DNA of 64,000 nucleotides from Perna viridis. Taxonomy: Eukaryota. Of this stretch, positions 40,541 through 54,137 are shown one piece after another. The notes beneath the pieces are model-generated. The model saw nothing but the letters and a program-made list of their open reading frames with translations, was not told the DNA's origin and made no database searches. The first letter of the stretch is position 1, and every line of letters starts with the position of its first letter. The stretch spans positions 12,524,001 through 12,588,000 of the forward strand of contig CM074511.1 in assembly GCA_037379345.1 (NCBI GenBank), given 5' to 3'. The translations under genes were made by a program, and so were the position numbers.

Positions 40541-41188
40541 ACGACACTTTGTGATTATAAGGTAACATAGTCAGTGATTATGTAAAAAGACTTCAGACTT
40601 GAATTAACTGCAATGCTGACTAACTGACAGTACATTCTGAAAGAGAATGGAGTCCTTATATCTGCAGATCTGGGATTTCTTTTGTTGTGTAAAAATATTA
40701 GTTTTTTTTTCACTGGTTAAATCCAACAGAGACAGTAACAGTGACAAGATCATGTTGTTTTAGACTAAGAAAGTCCATATATTACATCTTCACTCCTTTC
40801 TTGAATCAGTGAGTAAACAGAAATACTTCTAATTCCTGATGATTATTGGATTATCAAATAAAACTTCTTCATCTGTCAAAAAGAAAATAAAATAATTCTT
40901 ATGTATATCTCTAATGGTATTGATATTTCTGTCAGGACCGTGCAACTACAAGTGGATTTTAATGAAAATCGATGCAGTAATCAAAGTTTATGGTGATGTA
41001 TCTAGAATTCAATCAACAATATCTAAGTATAAAAGTACACCCTCAAACAATGTCTTACATTTTATTGTCAATAATACAAATATTGACTGTTTAAAGAATA
41101 AAGCAAATTAAATTTGAATTTTCAAGACTTCATGAATTTGAATCAACTCAAAATACTGGACCTGAACTTTAACCTGAACTTTAACCTG

Positions 41189-41411
41189 TTTAGTTGGATT
41201 ATCTCAGTTTGTCAACTGTGAAAACCCCTTTAGTTGGATTATCTCAGTTTATTAACTGTGAAAACCCCTTTAGGTGGATTATCTCAATTTGTTAACTGTG
41301 AAAACCCCTTTAGTTTGGATTATATCAGTTTGTTAAATGTGATAACACCTTTAGTTGGATTATCTCAGTTTGTTAACTGTGAAAACCCCTTTAGTTGGAT
41401 TATCTCAGTTG
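41189..41411. repeat. 40-bp minisatellite, ~5.5 copies
   Basis: tttagttggattatctcagtttgttaactgtgaaaacccc. Confidence 0.95.
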
Positions 41412-42897
41412 GTAAGCATACAAATATCAGAACTAAACTTCATCCATATCATTCTCACATAAATCCATTGATAAGTTTAAAGTTACGCACACCGGGGTAC
41501 AGGAAATTTTCACTCACAGAAAAATATGAATCAACTGACTGTTGCAAGCAATTTATTTCCCCTTATTCCACATGCAAGAATAAATCACAAGAATAAATTA
41601 CAGTGTTACAGAACAGATGTTAGACATAGAGTAAGTTGTGAAAATAAACATTAGCCAACTTGACATCCTGACACATGTCCTGTTGGTGATTTCATCAACC
41701 CTGGCAAGGCTTCCAATCTATCATGTATTTTAATATTCAGCTTTTAACTTGATGACATCACAATTCATATGACATCACACAACACATATTTCTAAAATAA
41801 ATTTAAGTAGGAGTCCTGTAATATTGAGTAAAGCTCAAAATATATGGTATTAAGAAAATTATATTAAGTGTCTCCTATTACATCCCAGACACATCTCTAG
41901 GCAATAGAAGTAAGAAAATTTCATTAAAGAAATGAACACAGGAGTTATTGCATGATTTTTCATGAAACCGGAAAAGAGCATCAACTCAAATATTGCATAT
42001 GTTTAAAGGGAATTCAATAAGATTTTTCAAAAGTTAAAATATTTAATTTGATGTTTCAGGTTCTGTCTTTTCTGACTTTGTCTGGAATCAATGACTTCAA
42101 TGTCAAGTGTTTCCTTATATTTAGTAGAATGTCTTCCCCAATGCCTTGTCTTAACAACTACTTCAAGCCTATATCATTATCAAATTTTTTAAGGAATTTC
42201 ATAGAAATATATGAAAAAAGTTAGTATTTACAGTGTGAAATGATCTGATAAAAATTAAAATAAAAAAATGACGGAATCTTTAAAGAGACTTGTATAATGA
42301 CAAGTATTCCATATAACAGGGTTTGTGTCAAGTATCAGCTCAATAGACTCATTTTAAAATCATTAAATGTGTTAAGGAAGTCTCAAGTTATCTCAAATGA
42401 AATAATCTATATCAATCTACAGTGAACAAATATGTTCCAAAACCATTCAATGTACTGAGAACATTCTTATCACCTACTGGTAAGACATATCTCATTGAGT
42501 GGACACATTCTTACTCCTTTACAGGACAGAAAACATGTCAAATGGACTGGACTGACTAACACACATCCTATCTTTTAGAAATAAACCTACAAAATTGACA
42601 TATCCCATAGATCAATGCAACACTAGGAACTGAGAACATCAAACAAATAACCCCAGACATATCTATCAATTTTAACGAATTCTTCCAGTCACATTCTAAA
42701 TAATGTTTTTGTTTTTTTTCCTGGATAAACTTCTATCTTTGGTCCTTTGTATATCAGTTCTTTCGAAAAAAGAGGTCAATCTAAAAGAGTGAGAAATTAG
42801 AGACATTTACTACAAGTCAAAGTTGGTGACAATTTATAGTGTTCAATATTACATGTGTTTGTTAATCTATTCACAATAATGTCACCTACAACAGTGG

Positions 42898-43343
42898 ATA
42901 CTGGCTTCAATGAGTAAATATCCCATGGTGTCACAGTATACTGGCTTCACTGTGTAAATATCCAATGGTGTCACAGTATGGACAACCAATGGAGCAACTG
43001 TCTTAACTTCTAATGGAGTCACTGTCTGGACTTCCAATAAAACCCCTATCTGGGTTTCCAATGGACCCACTATCTGGCCTCCCAATGAAGCCATTATCTG
43101 GGTTTCCAATGGAGCCACTGTCTGAAATTCAAATGGAACCACAGTCTGGACTTCAAATGGTGTCAGTGTCGGAACTTCTAATGAAGCCACTCTATGGACA
43201 TTCAATGGAGTCACTATCTGGGTTTCCAAAGAAGCCACAGTCTGGACTTCCAATGGAGCCACTGTCTGGACTCACAATGGAGCCACTGTCTGGACATCTG
43301 ATTGAGCCACTGTCTGGACTTCTAATGGTGCTACTGTCTGGAC
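42898..43343. repeat. 24-bp minisatellite (~15 copies) preceded by a related 40-bp duplication
   Basis: Unit caatggagccactgtctggacttc. The 40-mer atactggcttcaMtgWgtaaatatccMatggtgtcacagt occurs twice at 42898-42977. Confidence 0.9.
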
Positions 43344-43429
43344 TAATATCCTTTATGTGATTTTTTTTCATCTTTGGCTCTAATACTCATATGCATATTG
43401 GTTATCATTACAAGACTCAATCTACATAC

Positions 43430-43475
43430 CTTAAGCTCACACTGGCCCAGTTTCTTTTGATCTTCAAAATCCCAT
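43430..43475 (-). other. Candidate 46-nt antisense-strand exon
   Basis: Minus strand reads gttattttttttttcag|ATGGGA...CTTAAG|gtatgt. Two frames are open (WDFEDQKKLGQCELK or GILKIKRNWASVSL). Confidence 0.45.
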
Positions 43476-43877
43476 CTGAAAAAAAAAATAACACAACATA
43501 ATATCTCACTTAAAAACACAATCTTCTATATTTCTTGAAACTCATGAACCTGACAATCAGATTTCTGGTTACATAGATATAACAACATTCATGATATATG
43601 TATCAACAACTAAACAAGTATTGAATCAAACAAATCCCATTTTTGTTACCACAGCAACATGAATTTGTATTAATTGATACTGACATTAAATGACTGATAA
43701 AAATCGCAATCAAAATCTTTTACTTAAAGCATTCTAATGAAACATTAGCATTGCAGCTGCTTTTCATTCACTGTGAGAAAAAATATAACAATCATTACAA
43801 CTCTTTTCCCCAAGACACAGTTTGTTTCAGTACTTTAATCTCATTAATGATAATTTATAAATGATTCCTTGGGCATC

Positions 43878-44820
43878 AGGGACCAATATTTCTAGCCATA
43901 TTCTACAGTAGGAAGCAGGGTCTAATATTTCTTACCATGGGGACCTATACTTCTTGCTATAATCTCTAACAGGAATTGGGAACAAATATTTCTCATTACA
44001 TTCTCTAGTAGGAAATGGTGACCAATATTTCTTGAAATATTCTCTCACAGAAATCAGGGACCTATATTTCTTGCCATATTCTCCAACAAGAATTGGGGAC
44101 CAACTTTTCTTGTATTATACTTTCACATGAGGTATGGATTGGTATTTCTTGCTATATACTCCAACAGGAATTGGGAACCAACATTTCTTGCCATATTCTC
44201 TAACAGAATATTGGAACTGATATTACTTGCCATATTCTCCAACAGGAATTGGGGACCAACATTTCTTGCCAGATTCTTTCTTGCCGTATTCTCTAACAGG
44301 CATTGGGGACCACCAACAGTTCTTGCCATATTCTCTAACAGGCATTGGGAACCAACATTTCTTGCATTATTCTCCAACAGGATTTTGGGACTGATATTAC
44401 TTGCTATATTCTCTAACAGGAATTGGGACCAACATTTCTTGCCATATTCTCTAAAAGGCATTGGGGACTTATATTACTTGCCATATTCTGTGACAGGAAT
44501 TGGGGACCAACATTTCATGCTATATACTCCAACAGGCATTGGGAACCAACATTTCTTGCTATATTCTCTAACAGGACTTTGGGGCTGATATTATTTGCCA
44601 TATTCTCTAACATGAATTGGGGACCAACATTTCTTGCCATATTCTCTAACAGGAATTGGGGACCAACATTTCTTGCCATATTCTCTAACAGGCATTGGGG
44701 ACCACCAACAGTTCTTGCCATATTCTCTAACAGGCATTGGGAACCAACATTTCTTGCCATATTCTCTAACAGGATTTTACCTGTGATATCCTCGAACAGG
44801 CATTGGGGACCAATATTTCA
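43878..44820. repeat. 39-bp minisatellite, ~24 copies
   Basis: Unit ccaacatttcttgccatattctctaacaggaattgggga, more diverged at the left end. Confidence 0.95.
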
Positions 44821-45737
44821 GCATAACTACACTAATACAAATGACATGTAATCGTGTAAACTATTTTTTACAATTCATTATTTATACTAATGCATAAGAC
44901 TTAACTTGATACACATGTCATTTTACCAGTGTAATTATTATCCCATTAAACATTGTACAAGAAGCAATAAACCTTGAATTTCTATGTTGACAGGAGTTAT
45001 TCTCAATCATTATTCATTCATACAACCTTCTTTGCTGAAATGCATTGAATTATGGTTGCAAAGAATAGGGGTTAATGCCCCAAAATTTAAATTTGCTGAA
45101 CCTAGGAAATTGGAATTCATACAGAAAAAGGCAATTTTGTTTTCTTAATGAAGCCCTATTTATTTGGTGTGCAATATTCACCAGTCCTAGTAGTATGGTA
45201 AAGCAGAATTGATGTAATTGAATATGACATCTTGGTGTGAAGAAAATCGGGAAGATAAGTTCCATCAATAGTTCTTCATTACCAAAAGAAGAAGATTTTT
45301 TATTCTCTGACAAATTACATAATAATGGTGAGAAGTAATGGCCGTTATAAATTACACCTTAGTTACAGACTAGAGAGATTCTATCTTTTATTCTTGATAG
45401 TCATACCAATCTCAAGGGAATCTGACCTTTATTCTCATAGTGGACACATATGGTCCTTCATTTCTCTCTATTTATTGTCTAAAGTCTGTCTCTACTAATA
45501 TGGAAACTTGTTGTCTTCAAGTGTAAATAATCAGAAATCTAATAAAATCTTTGACTTCCGCCAACTTAACACTCTTCAAACCATGGAAATAGATGACCAT
45601 AGATTTCCTGTACTAACCCTTGTTTACACAATTTTGCAATTTAATCAGGACAATAATATAGATCTTTCAACTTGTTACACTACTTCCTGAACAAACAAGT
45701 AGTCTAGTTCTGTTGATACTCTACAATTTAATTAATT

Positions 45738-45998
45738 ACAAGCAACCCATTACAGTCATATGTCCCCCGCCACCATGAAAAAAAAAAAAGAAATGAAAAA
45801 TTCCATAATTCCAGTAAAATTTATCAAATCAAAAAGGTGATGCAATATGATCAGCTGCAAAAAGTGACTATCAATCTGCAAAATCTTAACAAAATCTATC
45901 AAGCAGTTTCCAAAGAGTCCACAGTGTGACCGGACGGACAGATGGACGGACTGACAACTTTATTTCTTTATCCCTATCCACGTAGCAGCTGGATACAA
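45738..45998 (+). mobile_element. DINE-1/Helentron-associated (HINE)-like non-autonomous element
   Basis: ACAAG start, subterminal tatgtcccc, GGAC/AGAC microsatellite (45931-45955) and a 3' hairpin tatcca-N9-tggata. Confidence 0.55.
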
Positions 45999-46174
45999 CA
46001 AGCATTAAAATAACTCTGAATTGATATTTTGTTCAGCAACTACTATCTTTGTTTAAAGATTAATAAAACTACATGAAAGTTTTAAGTATTACATGTTAGA
46101 TGCTTAATAGGAGCCCAAGTCTTTACAATTCAAAAATTTTGAAAAAAAATCAGTGAGATATATAATTATGAAAA

Positions 46175-46305
46175 AAGATAAGAACTAAGTCCTAAAACAA
46201 TCACTTAACAAAGATGAGAAATCCCCAAAACAATCAGTTAACAGAGATGATAAGTCCCAAAGGCAATCAGTTAACAGAGATGATAAGTCCCAAAGGCAAT
46301 CAGTT
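46175..46305. repeat. 33-bp tandem repeat, ~4 copies
   Basis: caatcagttaacagagatgataagtcccaaagg. Confidence 0.8.
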
Positions 46306-46892
46306 AGTAAAAACAAGGAAAAGGCTTATCACTAGAAATAAAATGGTTGCACCAAGAGTTAAACATATCTTTTAAAAACATGTTATGAAGCAGAAAATTT
46401 CATTTGGTATTTTTTTCATATTAGTATAAAAGAACTATGAATATTAACTTTGCATGTAACTTTTCATCTCAAGAAAACCAAGAACCTATATAAAAGAATA
46501 ATGATCTCATGCCTTTATAACTAAGGGCAATAATTCTACAAGATATGACAGTACAAATTTTCTAATTTGATCTAGAGGCCATCAAAACCCTTCATCTATA
46601 TCAGTTTGATAAAAATCAATACATGAACTAGATAAAACTGTGTGCCAAGCCAACCATTCTCTACCCCAATACAATCACATGGTCAAAATATAAACATGAA
46701 GTTGATATTGCTCGAGTCAGAATTTTAATCTCTTAAAATAGCCTACCCATGTAAAGATTCTGTCAAAATAAGTAGTTGCATAGTAGTTACAGAGGAACTT
46801 GCGATCAACAAGTTGTGGGCAGACAAGGACTGACACCATGATCCCACAATATAGGTGATAAAATTTAGGTGTGAGAACACTGATAATGTTGG

Positions 46893-46952
46893 TTGTCTGA
46901 ATATAGCTGAAATATTGCTGCTTGGACGTTAAACCCTAACAAGCAAAAAAAA
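46893..46952 (+). mobile_element. Second copy of the very short retroposon, 14-bp TSD
   Basis: TSD actgataatgttgg at 46879-46892 and 46953-46966. Insert: ttgtctgaatatagctgaaatattgctgcttggacgttaaaccctaacaagc plus A tail. Confidence 0.85.
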
Positions 46953-47954
46953 ACTGATAATGTTGGACTGATATACAGAGGCAAACATGGATGTGCTGTA
47001 TTTCAGTGTCAATGCACCTTCCTACAGTGGGGACAAAAATTAAAATGAATTATGTCCTTTTAACTTAAGAACAATAAGATGGGTTGGATAAAATGGAATT
47101 ATAAAGTACAACAAATGCAATAATTGTCTGTGCACTAGTCTGAATAAACAAAACCATCTAAATATAGAACTTTACCATTTCATTCTTTTATTCTGAGCTC
47201 AACACCAAGGACCACTGTAAACCATGATAAAGCTCTTCACATTACAAACAACCAAGATATACTAATCCCTCAATAAACCAAATGTACTACATCAACATTG
47301 AATACAATTAGGTCAAAGACCTGTTTCTATGGCATACAAATCCAGCTAAGATCTTATTCTTACAACAGTGAGGATTTATACCTAAGATCCACATGACAAA
47401 AGGACAATGTTAGACATAACTCTCTCAATGTTAAACCCAAAATAGATATGTTTCAAATGACAACAGACTATCCTGAACTGTCTTGTCTTAGGTTTTTTTA
47501 ACATCTTAAAAAAAAACCAAAAACAGATATTTTAATGTACTTTTTTATCATCTAATCCTTTAATGTGTGCATTGACTTAACATATACAAAATGTTTCCAG
47601 GCTTTAACCACTGGTTTAATTATTTATATAGTAAATCAAAGACATGGGGGAATACCATTTCAATGTGTATTAGTATTTTGAATCTTATTGGACTTTTTAA
47701 CATAGAACCAGGGTATAAAAATAAGTTGAATCATGTTTTAAAGTGCATAAAATAATTTACTTCGGGGAATAAAGTTGGTTTTGCTTTGATTGAATGAGTA
47801 TTACCTGATGAAGTTCTATAAAAGTTAACATAAAGATTCCATAGGTGACACAGACCTCTGACCTTGTTGAACTGCAGTAGCCCAAGATTAATACCAGTTT
47901 TGATATAGAGTTAGTATTTCAGTTCAAAAAGGTCAGATAATTAGGTAAGCTCAC

Positions 47955-48364
47955 TTTACAACAAGTTGAAATGGACCAGTTCCAATTTCAATACAAATTT
48001 AGGTAGGCTAATGAGTAATTTAAATAGCTGTTTAGGTAAAAATCTGGCCCACAATATACCAATGTGTCCTTCCTAACTATAACAGAACACCTGTGTGATC
48101 TTTTGGATACTGCATTTATAATTTGAATAGCTGTCAATTATGATGGTGGATGGCAAATTTAAAGGTTAAGGTCATCATAATTGACAGCTATTCAAAATTA
48201 AAAGACAGTGTCCAAAAGATCACACAGGTGTTCTGTGGTAGTTAAGTAGGACACATTGGTAAAATGTAGAGCAGATTTCTACCTAAAGAGCTATTCAAAT
48301 TACTCACTAAAGCACGCTAGATTTAAGTTTGAATTGGAACTGGTATATTTCAACTTGCTGTAAA
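47955..48364. mobile_element. Foldback element: ~190-bp inverted arms, 27-bp spacer, Tc1/mariner-like TA|CA...TG|TA ends
   Basis: Arm 47955-48145 is the diverged reverse complement of 48173-48364. Examples: acagaacacctgtgtgatcttttgga / tccaaaagatcacacaggtgttctgt and gaatagctgtcaattatgatg / catcataattgacagctattc. Confidence 0.85.
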
Positions 48365-48913
48365 TGTATCTTGTAGTGAATGAAAAAGAGGTATCTACAT
48401 GTGAAACATGGTGTAAACAATATATCATTTGGTGAAAAAAGACCTGTAGATAGTGGGACAAGGAAAACTTGGACAAACACAAATATTGGTCTATTGCTCT
48501 TCCTGTATGGTCTACCTCAGTTTCCTGTGTTATTTAAATATAAATGTCATTGTTATATTTACTTCTGACTTTCATGTCAATTGTCAACAGAGTAAGGTCA
48601 ATTTTAATTGTCATGACTGAAAGTATCGCTATATAGTACAATGCATCTTCTTGCTTTATCTGAGCTGGCTCACTGCTACAGAAATGTTCTTGATCTCTGA
48701 CATAACATATCTACTTAGCTTAACATTCACACCTCCTGATTAGTGTGAAAAAATATGTTCTCATTTCTAGGCATTTTTTTTGTTTTCAGCAGATGTTAGA
48801 ATTCCATTGTAATTTATCAGTATATGTTGTATTGCTGACAATACCCACGAAGTACAGATGCCAAAATAAGTGATATGTGAAGATAAAACGTGACATACAT
48901 AATATTACCATTG

Positions 48914-49303
48914 TTAAGTGTAAGTTTTTGTGAGAGTCAGATGAAATGGGAAAAATCAGAAACATGCATGTCAAAACCCCATCGATCTGACAATATAATT
49001 TCACTCCATGATGCTTTCTCTATTTGAAAAAATTATTATTTGATCTCTGTATCACTGGATTTGCAAATATTTTTTTTTCAATAGAATGTTAGAAAATGAG
49101 GTTTTGACAGAGTTATCTGAACTTGAAATGTTCAATTTCAGTGCATTTCAATAAATTTGCAATCCAGTTTAGCAAAATGATGTGCAAAATCATGTCTTTT
49201 TTTCTTTAATTCTGATAGTGTAAACAGTTAAACTTTCAAAATGGTGGATTTTTTCATACCATGTTTCATTCACTGCCTGATTCTTACAGAGACTGACTCT
49301 TAA
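48914..49303 (+). mobile_element. TTAA-flanked MITE, copy 2
   Basis: Same ends and interior as 22881-23257 (e.g. ggaaaaatcagaaacatgcatgtcaaaacccca), with unrelated flanks. Confidence 0.8.
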
Positions 49304-51727
49304 ATTTTCAATTTCAAATCATTAAGAAAGCCTTGTGCATAGATTTAAAATTTAACTATCTCTACTGTAGAAATGCCATATTTAACACCAGATGCAGAGT
49401 AAGATTCAGTATTTTTATAACTAAAAGATAGGATGATAATTTATACTAAAGGGTCTTCATCTGAAAAAGATTTCTATATTGTACATTTGTAAAGAAAATT
49501 TCTGAGTCTGCAAATGCAGCTTATTCATTTGTAGAAAATTTTTCTCAATAATTGTTTGCAACAGTGATCTTCCACAAGATCTAAAACAAATCAGTATATC
49601 TCAAAACCACTGCAGAAAATGATGGAAATAAAAATAATTTCGTACAATTAAATCCTTTTCCTGTGGTTACCCAAAGTTGTAGAAAATTAGCAATGGAAGC
49701 TCAATTATGAGCAACTAAGCTTTCTACTATATATAGATCAAATGGTCTTTCTGATCAATAGATCATTTTTCACCTTAAATGGCACCTTAAGGCCATGAAA
49801 GCTTCATATGAATACATCCAGAAACGCAAAGGTAATTTGTCTTCAATACTAATACTACACTCAATCTGGTCTGAGAATACAGCTTAAGGAGAAATCTCAT
49901 GACAAAGCACTATAGAATATTTCTTTCCAACATTTTTCAAGATTTTTTTTGTCATTAAGAAAACATGAGACCAAGAAAATAGCAAATCATTTACATATTA
50001 GTACAATAACAGTATTGTTTATTGGTAGGTGTGCCAGTTTGGTTTCTTGATTAAACATTTAAATATTTAACTAGATAATAGGATACCTCCACTACCTCTG
50101 ATAAACCATATTGTCAAAATATAAGCATAGTCCTGTCTAATGACACTCAAGTTTAAATCATATCCCATGGTACAGCCTTTCTATATAAAGCTTAAAAAAT
50201 ACCAAGTACATGTAGATGTAATAAGTAGTTGCCGAAAAAATCTGTTTCCCTTAAGTTGAAGAATAACATGTTCATATCTTGTACCATGGAACACTAAAAA
50301 TTATAATGGAAAAAAATATGTATATAAGTTTCAAAGAAATCCATTCAGAAATTTTGAAGAGATGATCTTCCATTGGTCAATGAATGACATGTTTTGCATC
50401 TGGAAACCTTATAAGTCATTCCAATGGAAATTTAAAACAGGTGGTGCTAAATTGCATACAGTGATGAAGAACGAGTGCAAATTTCATTGAATGCATTTAC
50501 TGTATTAAAGATGAGTCGTAGGTTTGAAGTTGGTCCCCTGAAGTGTATGTTTTGTATCAAGAAACAACATAATTCATTCAGATAGAAATGCAAAATAGGA
50601 GGATCATATTGCATTTGAAAGCTACTGCAATATGACATCTGTACAGGACAATATTCACCAATATAAATGCAATAACCCTTTTATCATATAGCTATGAATA
50701 TTTGAGACATCCTTTTGTGCCTGTATTATGTATCATATTCATATGTTATATATTCATGAATATAAACTGATCACATCCTCTGACTAATGTAAAATAAAAT
50801 ACAACCAGTGCTTTTATTATTAATATTTAAGAAAAAATTTCGGATTATAAAGGAAGAGGTCTCATAAATATGTTCTGTGCTTATAAATATTTGAGTTAAT
50901 ATCAGTAAAAGAAAGAAAATGTAATAGTTTTCATGTATCTAGACACCATATAAAATATATAATACTTATTTGCTAATCATAAACCAGAGAACAGTATATC
51001 TGACTATAGATTTATTGAATATCACAGAAAATTACATAAATTCAGCAAATCAAATGTTGACCAATATTATCTCACATCTACCATGCAGACAACAGGGTTA
51101 AAATCATCCCAGACATAAAAGAGATAAAATTGAAATAAATATCAGCAAATGGGAATATCTGCCACAATTTGCTGACTGACTAAGGGGGTTTTTAAGGCCC
51201 TGTCTCACAGGACAGTTTGCTGGTTTGTTGTTTAAAACTCATAAAATAGACCTATCTTATATTTAACTGTATTATTCAGAAATTACTTATGTCAGGAGTA
51301 TCTGCAGTAGAGCAGTTTAGTTTAGACAAATTTAAGTATTTCAGAACATAACAATAAAAACATAACTGAAATGATCTGGAAAAAAGCTTCACCTCTTTTA
51401 CATGTCCATCTCCTGCGGCAGACCAGTATAACCAGACAAAATTTAAGACTTTATAAAAATCATGATTTTGTCTGGTTTTCCTGTCTTCAAGTTGGCTTAA
51501 AGAACCCTTTCTTCACCAAACTACTTTGGGTAGAATATTTTGTTTGGTTGTGTGAGTGTTTTGTACACACAGGTTTAGACTGAATAGAAAATGCTTAGAA
51601 GAGATGTTTGTACTTGGGACAGTTTAGGCAGGTTTACAGCTTATTTTTAGATTTGTTTATACAGGTTCCAAATTAATTCTAGGTATACCAGTTAAGCTTT
51701 GGTTTGATAGGTTTAAAATTTGATGAA

Positions 51728-52645
51728 GTTTTGATATAGACATGATTCCAGTTTATCCTGGGCTTTATTTAGGTTTGGTATAGACATGATTTCAGCTTAT
51801 CTTAGGCTTTATTTAGGTTTGATATAGACATGATTCAAGCTTACCCTAGGCTTAATTTAGGTTTGGTATAGACAGGATTCCAGCTTATCAAAGCCTTTAT
51901 TTAGGTGAGATATAGACATGATTCCAGCTTATCTTAGGCTTTATTTAGGTTTGGTATAGATATGATTCCAGCTTACCCTAGGTTTTATTTAGGTTTGGTA
52001 TAGACATGATTCCAGCTTATCCTAGGTTTTATTTAGGTTTGGTACCGACATGATTCCAGCTTATCCTAGGCTTTATTTAGGTTTGGTATAGATATGATTC
52101 CAGCTTACCCTAGGTTTTATTTAGGTTTGGTATAGACATGATTCCAGCTTATCCTAGCCTTTATTTAGGTTTGGTATAGACATCATTCAAGCTTACCCTA
52201 GGTTTTATTTAGGGTTGGTATAGACAGGATTCCAGCTTATCTAAGCCTTTATTTAGGTGAGATATAGACATGATTCCAGCTTATCTTAGGCTTTATTTAT
52301 GTTCGGTATAGACATGATTCCAGCTTATCCTAGGCTTTATTTAGGTTTGGTATAGATATGATTCCAGCTTACCCTAGGTTTTATTTAGGTTTGGTATGGA
52401 CATGATTCCAGCTTATCCTAGCCTTTATCTAGGTTTGATATAGACATGATTCCAGCTTATCCTAGCCTTTATCTAGGTTTGATATAGACATGATTCCAGC
52501 TTATCCTAGCCTTTATCTAGGTTTGATATAGACATGATTCCAGCTTATCCAAGACTTTTAGGTTTGGTATAGACATGATTCTAGCTTATCCAAGACTTTT
52601 AGGTTTGGTGTAGACATGATTCTAGCTTATCCTAAGCTTTATTTA
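51728..52645. repeat. 44-bp minisatellite, ~21 copies, with a 352-bp higher-order period
   Basis: Unit atgattccagcttatcctaggctttatttaggtttggtatagac. Confidence 0.97.
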
Positions 52646-54137
52646 TATAGCATTCCTGTTTAGTTTTGTTTTCATAGGTTTTGAATTCAATCCAAGTTAG
52701 CTGTACTGTAAATCTTTTAGATTTATAAAAATTGTTTAGACAGCCATGTATCCATGTAACTTTTTGTATGCAGTCATGGACAGTAACAGATACCTATCCA
52801 AATTTTAAAATGCTTCAAATATATTGATATTTCTTGATCACTAGTCATAAAATCTACATTAAGTGGCATTCAAACATGGTATTGATTTGCATTTGTTATG
52901 GTCAGTTAACTAGACTGGCATCAATTAATCCTATAAAGGGGCGGGTATTAATATCAGAACAAATTATAATTATTACTGAACATTATGTCAATAGAACCTT
53001 CTGGTCAATTGTAAAGTTCGTACTTTTATACTGATGTTCCATGCAACGTAGGTCATCTGTCTTATTTTACGATCTACTTCATTATGTCGTATTGACACCA
53101 TGCCATGCACTAGTGGATAAAACCTTATAAAACATCATATCAGTATTTTTGCTTGTTAATTCCAGTATGGAATATATATATATTAGGAGAGCTATGTAAG
53201 AATTGGAGAATAGGAAATAAATAATTAATATTGATTTCTCTATAGGGGTAAGTAGTGTAATTAAACATTTAAGAGAATGGATGGATTTGACACAAAACAA
53301 GTTTTTTTTCAAGTATTACACTAATTTAACAAGTGGAAAATATTTCTTTTCCAGTTAATCAAAATTTAATTTTCTTAAAGTACAGCTACTTAGCTCATGG
53401 GTTCTTTGGTACTGCTATCATTTTTAAAGTTAAATATTTTGCAGGATTGAAATGGTGTTTACTAAAGAATTTATGCATTTATATATCTACTGATTGATTT
53501 TTGTAAGAATTATTGTATAATTAATGTTAAACTAAGTTTTCTATACATTCGCAGTGATTTTGATAAAGACTTAAGGAACAGACCATATTTAATGGTTATC
53601 AGAACTTCTTTTAAGTAGATATTTAATATTTCCTACATGGGACATGTTTAGTTTGAATGAGATAAATGGTCCCATCTTATCCCAAACACTACATTCAGGA
53701 ATTTATTTTTTTTTTATCACTTTACTTTCTCAGGCAAAAATAAAACCTTTCATAAATATGAATTATTTTGGACTCCATAAGTTTAACTAAAAAGCAGAGT
53801 ATGTAAAAGAGTACGCCATGATATATTACAAAAGCATCAAATGCCAATAAAAATCTTTGGTTGATAAAATATGTAGATTTTACCATTATTGACCACATAT
53901 AGCCTGGTACATGTACTACATCCAAGCTTCAACAAGAGTTCATCAGATGGGTTGGCAGAAAAAGTACTAATTATATATAAAAAAAAAAATCAAAGAAAAA
54001 AAACCACTTAAATTCATTTCACCAGTTAGTATTGTTTAACTTTCAATTCGATCTTTGAAATTAATAATAGTATTGTTCTATGTAGGGAAATTTTATCAGA
54101 AACCCATTCTTATAATTAATTTATGTCACTGGTGAGA

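Noticed and set aside
42882-44851. Repetitive ORFs (EVQTVAPL, MEPLSGLP, PTFLAIFSNRNWG)
   Set aside because: Unit lengths divisible by 3 keep frames open on both strands. There are no convincing splice or start signals.
1903-52645. CRISPR-like arrays of palindromic repeats
   Set aside because: The repeats are head-to-tail with no unique spacers, there are no cas genes and the context is eukaryotic.
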